A DNA stretch of 64,000 nucleotides from the human T2T-CHM13v2.0 reference genome, Homo sapiens. Positions 58,051 through 64,000 of this stretch are shown one piece after another. The stretch lies in NCBI RefSeq assembly GCF_009914755.1, contig NC_060930.1; one strand, written 5' to 3'. The position numbers and the translations under genes were made by a program. The first letter of the stretch is position 1; each line of letters begins with the position of its first letter. The notes under the pieces were generated by a model. The model searched no databases. It was not told the origin of the DNA and worked only from the letters and a program-made list of their open reading frames with translations.

Positions 58051-61000
58051 GAAAATGAAACCATGTCAATACTGATTTCTAGACTGTAAATTAATTTTAT
58101 GTTTAGATAACTGGGTATGGGCTAGGTTTGTCCTTTTTAGCTTAGAAATGGCCTTCTATTAAAGGTACACATTAATAAACCTGGAGCTGAGTAGTGTTTA
58201 ACTACTCTGAAATTAAAGTTTCCTAAATGTTTTAGAAGCACACATTAACACGCATTTTATGACTTTGAGTATAATATATAGGAAATTAATCCTATAATCA
58301 AAAACATAACTGACATAAATTATGGATATGATGTTAGTTGAGATTTTATTTTGTATATATTTGAAAATAATTGCAAAATTCATACCTAAACAATACTCTA
58401 TATTCAGATTTGCTTTTCCTCAAATGTTATTAATATATTGAGATTTTACATCAAGTTTGAAATTTGAGACTCAAAGGAATTTAGGATACAGGCTTAATTG
58501 TTTTCTAACACATCATGTCAATAGTCTTCAAATTATTGTATGTAAATTTAACTATATTTCTCATAGGTTTCTATGATAAACTTTCCTTTACATGTTTAAA
58601 TTCCCTTTTCATAATCCTACTAAAACAAGTTAATAGAGTAGTAAAGTAATAGCTCTAGAAGAAAATTTACATTTGTAAGTTTTATAAGCAGAACTTTAGA
58701 ATAAAATTATATAATGGACAGTCATAGTCTTCTTACTACTTGTTTAACATCCTCAATTAGCCACAAATCTTTTTAACATAGAATCATGTCTTTAGGAGAT
58801 TGAACAGCCTAGCTCTTTTCCTTTCTTTTTCTATTTTTTTTCCCAGGCGATTGCTAATGGTTGTCTTTAAGTTCAAAGTACTTGGCATATATAGTCTGTG
58901 AAGCATTAAATATTTTAGCTGCCCATTTGGGACTTGAAATCCTTCTACATTTAAACCTATTTATATTAAGCACATTCTGAATTCCCTAATGTGCATTAAA
59001 AGAAATAAAAGCTTGCTAAAAATGAATCTGTTTACCAGGCTTTACAAAATTAACCATTCATGTTTATCTTTTTCAAGATTTGGCTTCCAGTTTTGGAGAA
59101 AATTTTCATTGGCATGTCTAAATTGTTTTATTCTTTGAGGAAAAGATTGTTTTATTGTTTACTATTCAAAGAATTCAGGTAAAGCTGCAATTCAAACAAC
59201 CATTACAGTTTGTGACTCTATCCCTCAATTTGGTGGGGATTTTTATTTTAATTTTTTTCCAAGATCTTTGCTCAAGACAAACCACAACTCCTTATTGACA
59301 GTAGTCATTTTCATTGATCTGCCCTTGTCATTGTACAATGGTCTGTTTGTTTGCAGCCCTTTAAAAGAGTAGGGGCTTGGCTTGATTAGATAATTTATCT
59401 GTTCTACATCAAAAGTATAGATAGGTTGACAACAATAAACATTGATTTGATGACAGTATGGTTTCAAGCACATTTTTTTGTAATGATTATGTATGTATAT
59501 AAAATTCTGATACATATATTCTGCATCATCACACATGAGATTGTAATAAGCATTGTCAGAGCATAGAGGAGGTGGTTCAGGATAAAGTGAAGAATAGGAT
59601 GAGATTTTTTTCACCCCCAACGAATATGTGGAATCCAATTTTATCTCTGCAGATAGGTGAACCATGTGTGAAACAGATAGGATATTTCATGTATCTGACA
59701 AGCAGTGTATCTGCGGTTAGGTTAGTGGAATTAAAAATCACTTGTAAGGAAAAGCAAGACATTCTGCTGAAACATGAGGAGTGTTTTTGAACATATATGT
59801 ATATGTTTTAAAAATACTTTAGCATGCTAATTACTAAACAATGATAAAAATCTACTTCTGTGATTAAATTACAAAACCTAACATTTTGATCTGTAGTATT
59901 TTTGCACATTTTCTCTTTTGATTAATTTTATATAGTTTTATGACAAAATTCATAGTAACTTTCTAACTATGCAATTGAGGTACACTCTTTAGATCATGGG
60001 TTACTATCAGCACCAACAAAGATGTTGTCTACTTTAGACTGTAAGTGCCTAAAGGGCAAGGGCTCCACCTGATTTCACCCCATCAGCCAATGTAATTAAA
60101 AATGAATTCAGCCAGATACACCAAATAATTGCAGGAAGACAGTTTTACTTTTCTACATACTACTTTGAGCATGTAGATACAAGCTTGCTGGAAACTACTT
60201 TGTTCAGTATCAAAATTACATCTTGCATCACATACATATTTATTGATTTTATGGTGCTATTTCCTTGGAACTTATTTTTACCAATATGGCATAGAAAAAG
60301 GATGTTTGTAATAGCAAATGTGCTAGCTAGTTCCACTTTGTCTTTTCTGGATTCTCTTTTTCTACTGGGTAATTTTTATATGCCAGAAATGTCTCTTTGG
60401 CTGTTAATTTATCACTATTAATACTTTTTAATAATTTATATGGCCTATATTATCAAGAGGAGTAGCATTCCTCTCCAATAATATGCAGTTTAAAAATCAT
60501 TTTGTAGCCTTTCTCTAGTGTTTTAGTATGTCATGGTCTTGCATTTTAATTGTGAGCATCATAATATACTCCAAATATCAGTGGAACTACATGTGTGGGT
60601 TCCAACCTGGCACTATCACCACCTACTGTGTGATCTTAAATTGTTCCACCTCTCTGGAACCCAGGTGCTGCACAGAAATTTGGACCTGACACTTTGCTAT
60701 TTTGAATTTTACATGATGTGTTTTGCTATTAATTTGTTTCTAATGGTGGATAGTGCTAAATTTGCCAAGGACTTACATTTTATTTTAGGGTTGTTATATT
60801 TAGCATAATATCATGCACAATCATTTTTATTCCTATATGTTAATTTTGAGTGGGAGAGAAAAGGGTAGATTTGTAGCTTGTGTGCCAGGAATAAACTTAC
60901 AGAGTAGTTTATGCTTATAAGTATCATCTCATATGTGGATTCAGAAAAAAAGAGGTTGGGAATTTCAGGGTCAAGTTCAGACGGTCACTAAGGCTTCATG

Positions 61001-61231
61001 CTTTAACTTTTAACATTCCATGATCCCATTATTCTACTATAGATGTTCTCCATTCTCCACATCAGGAATCAAAGAGATCCACAATTTCCTTTAAGTTACT
61101 TCATCTACTACACTGAGAGTCAAATTTTCTTTCATTTTATGAGTTTAATGACAACTTGAGTATTATATATTCAAAATATTTGTTTTCTCTAGAACAGCAA
61201 CATCCCTACTTATTTGTGATCACAGCTTTGA

Positions 61232-61545
<314 letters not shown>

Positions 61546-62234
61546 CAAATCCAAATTTTAAAATAAATATTTATATATGTATATATTCTAAGTCTGAACA
61601 GTGGAAAAATTGCTGAAATGAACCACAGGTAAAAAGATTAAAAGGTAATCGGAAATGTGGTGTAATTATTTAGTTCATCAACCTGAAGAAAGGACCACTC
61701 TCGCTGGATGTTAAATATAATAACCTAAATCTTAGTAAGATTAAAGATGATTAAGACAGAGTAAAATAGCAACAGCAGGCAAAAATGATACTAAAAGTAC
61801 CTTTGGGAATTGAAAATAGTGATGGGATAACCTTCTGACACCTGAACAATGGTGGAAGTATCTGTAGACAACAATGGGGAAGAGAGAGAGGAACATCCAT
61901 TAGAACACTAAAATATTCTGAGGACATTTAGTGTAAGGATAATTTAAGTTCTGCATAGCTGAGTAACCCTCTAGGGATTCTTAGTGCCAATTTAAGAATA
62001 AAGCTCACCAATTAGAACAGTGCTGTATTCTGAAATTATACAGTGTTGGGAAAAGTAATATTTCATGTTCCAAAATGCAAAAAATAGCAATATATTACTG
62101 CATAGTTCAATTTTTGAATTCAAAAAACCTTTCTGATTCATCAAGAAAATTTTAAAGTATTTTGAGAAACATGTTTTGTAAAGCAGAGAACTAAGTGTGA
62201 TATTTTCAAGACATTATTGACAAAAAGAACACTT

Positions 62235-62460
62235 TTTATAGAATCTAAAGACATAGGTTCTGGTATTGTATCTTCCACTCAAAAGATAAGTGACTTTGAA
62301 AAAGTCATTTAACTTCTCTGAGCTTTCTGTTTTTATTTCCTCTGTTCAGTGAAAATACCTGTTCTACATACCTGGCAGAGTGTAGAAGAGGATTAAAGTC
62401 AGATTAAAATAACCTATGTTATTTGAGTCATTGAAATACATAAAAGATATTTGTAAGATT
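62235..62460 (+). mobile_element. MIR SINE
   Basis: aagacataggttctgg..gtgactttgaaaaagtcatttaacttctctgagc..gaggattaaa. Confidence 0.7.
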
Positions 62461-64000
62461 ATGTTACTACTATTAAAATTTTTAAAGTTTGACTATATAG
62501 TTGAAGAGCTCTAGAATCCTCCTTTTTCCAAAATACCTTATTTCTCATGCCTGGGAACTAAAGCAACACTGAAGGATGAATCAGTTAGTATTGATTTCAA
62601 GGACCAGAATTATTCTGAAGAGAAAGGAACTGAGTGAGTAAACAAATAGTAGTGTGGCTTTGTTTACATTTTGAGAGTGGAATTGGCTTGTGCTCTAATT
62701 AGCTAAATTTTATAAGATTTCTGTTTTATGCATATTGCAAGGTACCTTCTAAATGAATGCAATTATTCATCCTCTTAAAAGCATACAGAAGTCTAATTGA
62801 TGTGCTGTGATATTAGCTTTAAGCATGATTTTATAAAAGATCAAATTTGCATTTAATGAAAACTTAACACTTTGACATATACTTGTCAAAGATATGAAGA
62901 AGTTGGCAATTTTATACATACAGATTCTGCTTAAAAGAAGTGCTTCTAAACAAGAGCCCAAGAGAACCTCAGCCATGTTGGCTAGTACTTGGTTCCTTAA
63001 GGTAGTTATGTCAGTTTCACCACTCTGCAATTCTACCTCCAGTTATGTAAAAACATACTCATTGCACATCTTTATATATACCTTCCTTTACCTATCTAAA
63101 TGATTTTAGTTTCATAAATATAGTGAATATCTTATCAGCTTTGTCAGTGCTAAGCAGTGAGTTGTAGTAAGGTAATAAATCTCTTTGAATAAATTGGTTA
63201 TTGTAGATAAACAGCATGATACACGACGAAATATTGACTATTCATGTTTTCTTGCAGAGTGAGATTTATATCAAAATGAATAACTTCTACACCAAAGTCA
63301 TATTCTGTTAAAAAAAATGAAAGGGAATTATGCCTTTGTGATTGGAGGCAAAATGGGATGAATTTAGGTCATATCTTAACAGGCTTTCAAACTTCATAAT
63401 TTTCTGATGGAAGGACAGACCAGAAGATTTGTACATTCTTTTAGAAATGGATAGGGACAATGAAGAGTTATTTATTTCCAGTTTTTTTTTTTGTTGTTGT
63501 TATGGGATTTGCTGCAAAGCAAAAATAAGAAAAAGCAGGAGAGGAAACCTGTATACTTGGATACTTTCCACAACAGGTTTTGAAATATTTTCTTTGCCAC
63601 TGAAAGACTATTTTCACTGTTTTACTGAGGGGAACAAAGCTGTCTTCAAAGGTAAAAGAACAGTAGGTGGATGGCATTGGGTTATGCGACTCCATGATTT
63701 TGGCTGCAAGCTCTATCAGTTTGTCAGGTGGTGAAGGGAACAGAGCAGCAGCAGCCTGTGTGCACTGGGAGCTCTCCTACCCATTGCACCCAAGGGAGAT
63801 TCACTGGATTCAATGAGTTATAATGTTTTAGAAGAAGGTTTAGGCTTTCTGTTCATTCATCAGTTCCCATAAACTGTTTTAAGATCTGTTTTAGTGAATG
63901 GTCATTTTCATGGGAGCATGATGGAGAGAAGAGGAAAAGAGGTAAAGGAAACTGTGTCTCTGGAGACATGTGTTCAAATATATTGTCTCCATTGTTTAAA

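Noticed and set aside
59243-59665. 140-aa minus-strand ORF
   Set aside because: AT-driven composition with no recognisable homology; compatible with chance.

Overview
AT-rich, repeat-dense non-coding primate DNA, very likely human (AluY, L1PA4-like and MADE1 elements are present). I find no credible protein-coding gene, RNA gene or CpG island; every recognisable ORF-track hit is an Alu or L1 translation. About 5.8-30.5 kb is a nested, mostly minus-strand L1 cluster. It includes an L1MA with both ends intact and a target-site duplication (TSD) (22072-28560) and a 5'-inverted L1PA (9809-11721). The most interesting signal is missing from the ORF track: a heavily decayed Ty3/Gypsy pol fossil on the minus strand (~30.5-32.6 kb). 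Manual translation there recovers RT (YLDD relic), RNase H and integrase motifs in Gypsy order, with a weaker possible upstream piece at ~39.0-39.9 kb. Also present are a hAT/Charlie transposase fossil, a second inverted L1PA and a MADE1 hairpin with a symmetric substitution. Subfamily names and reference motifs are recalled from memory, not searched, and boundaries of old repeats are approximate. I do not see evidence for a new functional biological system.
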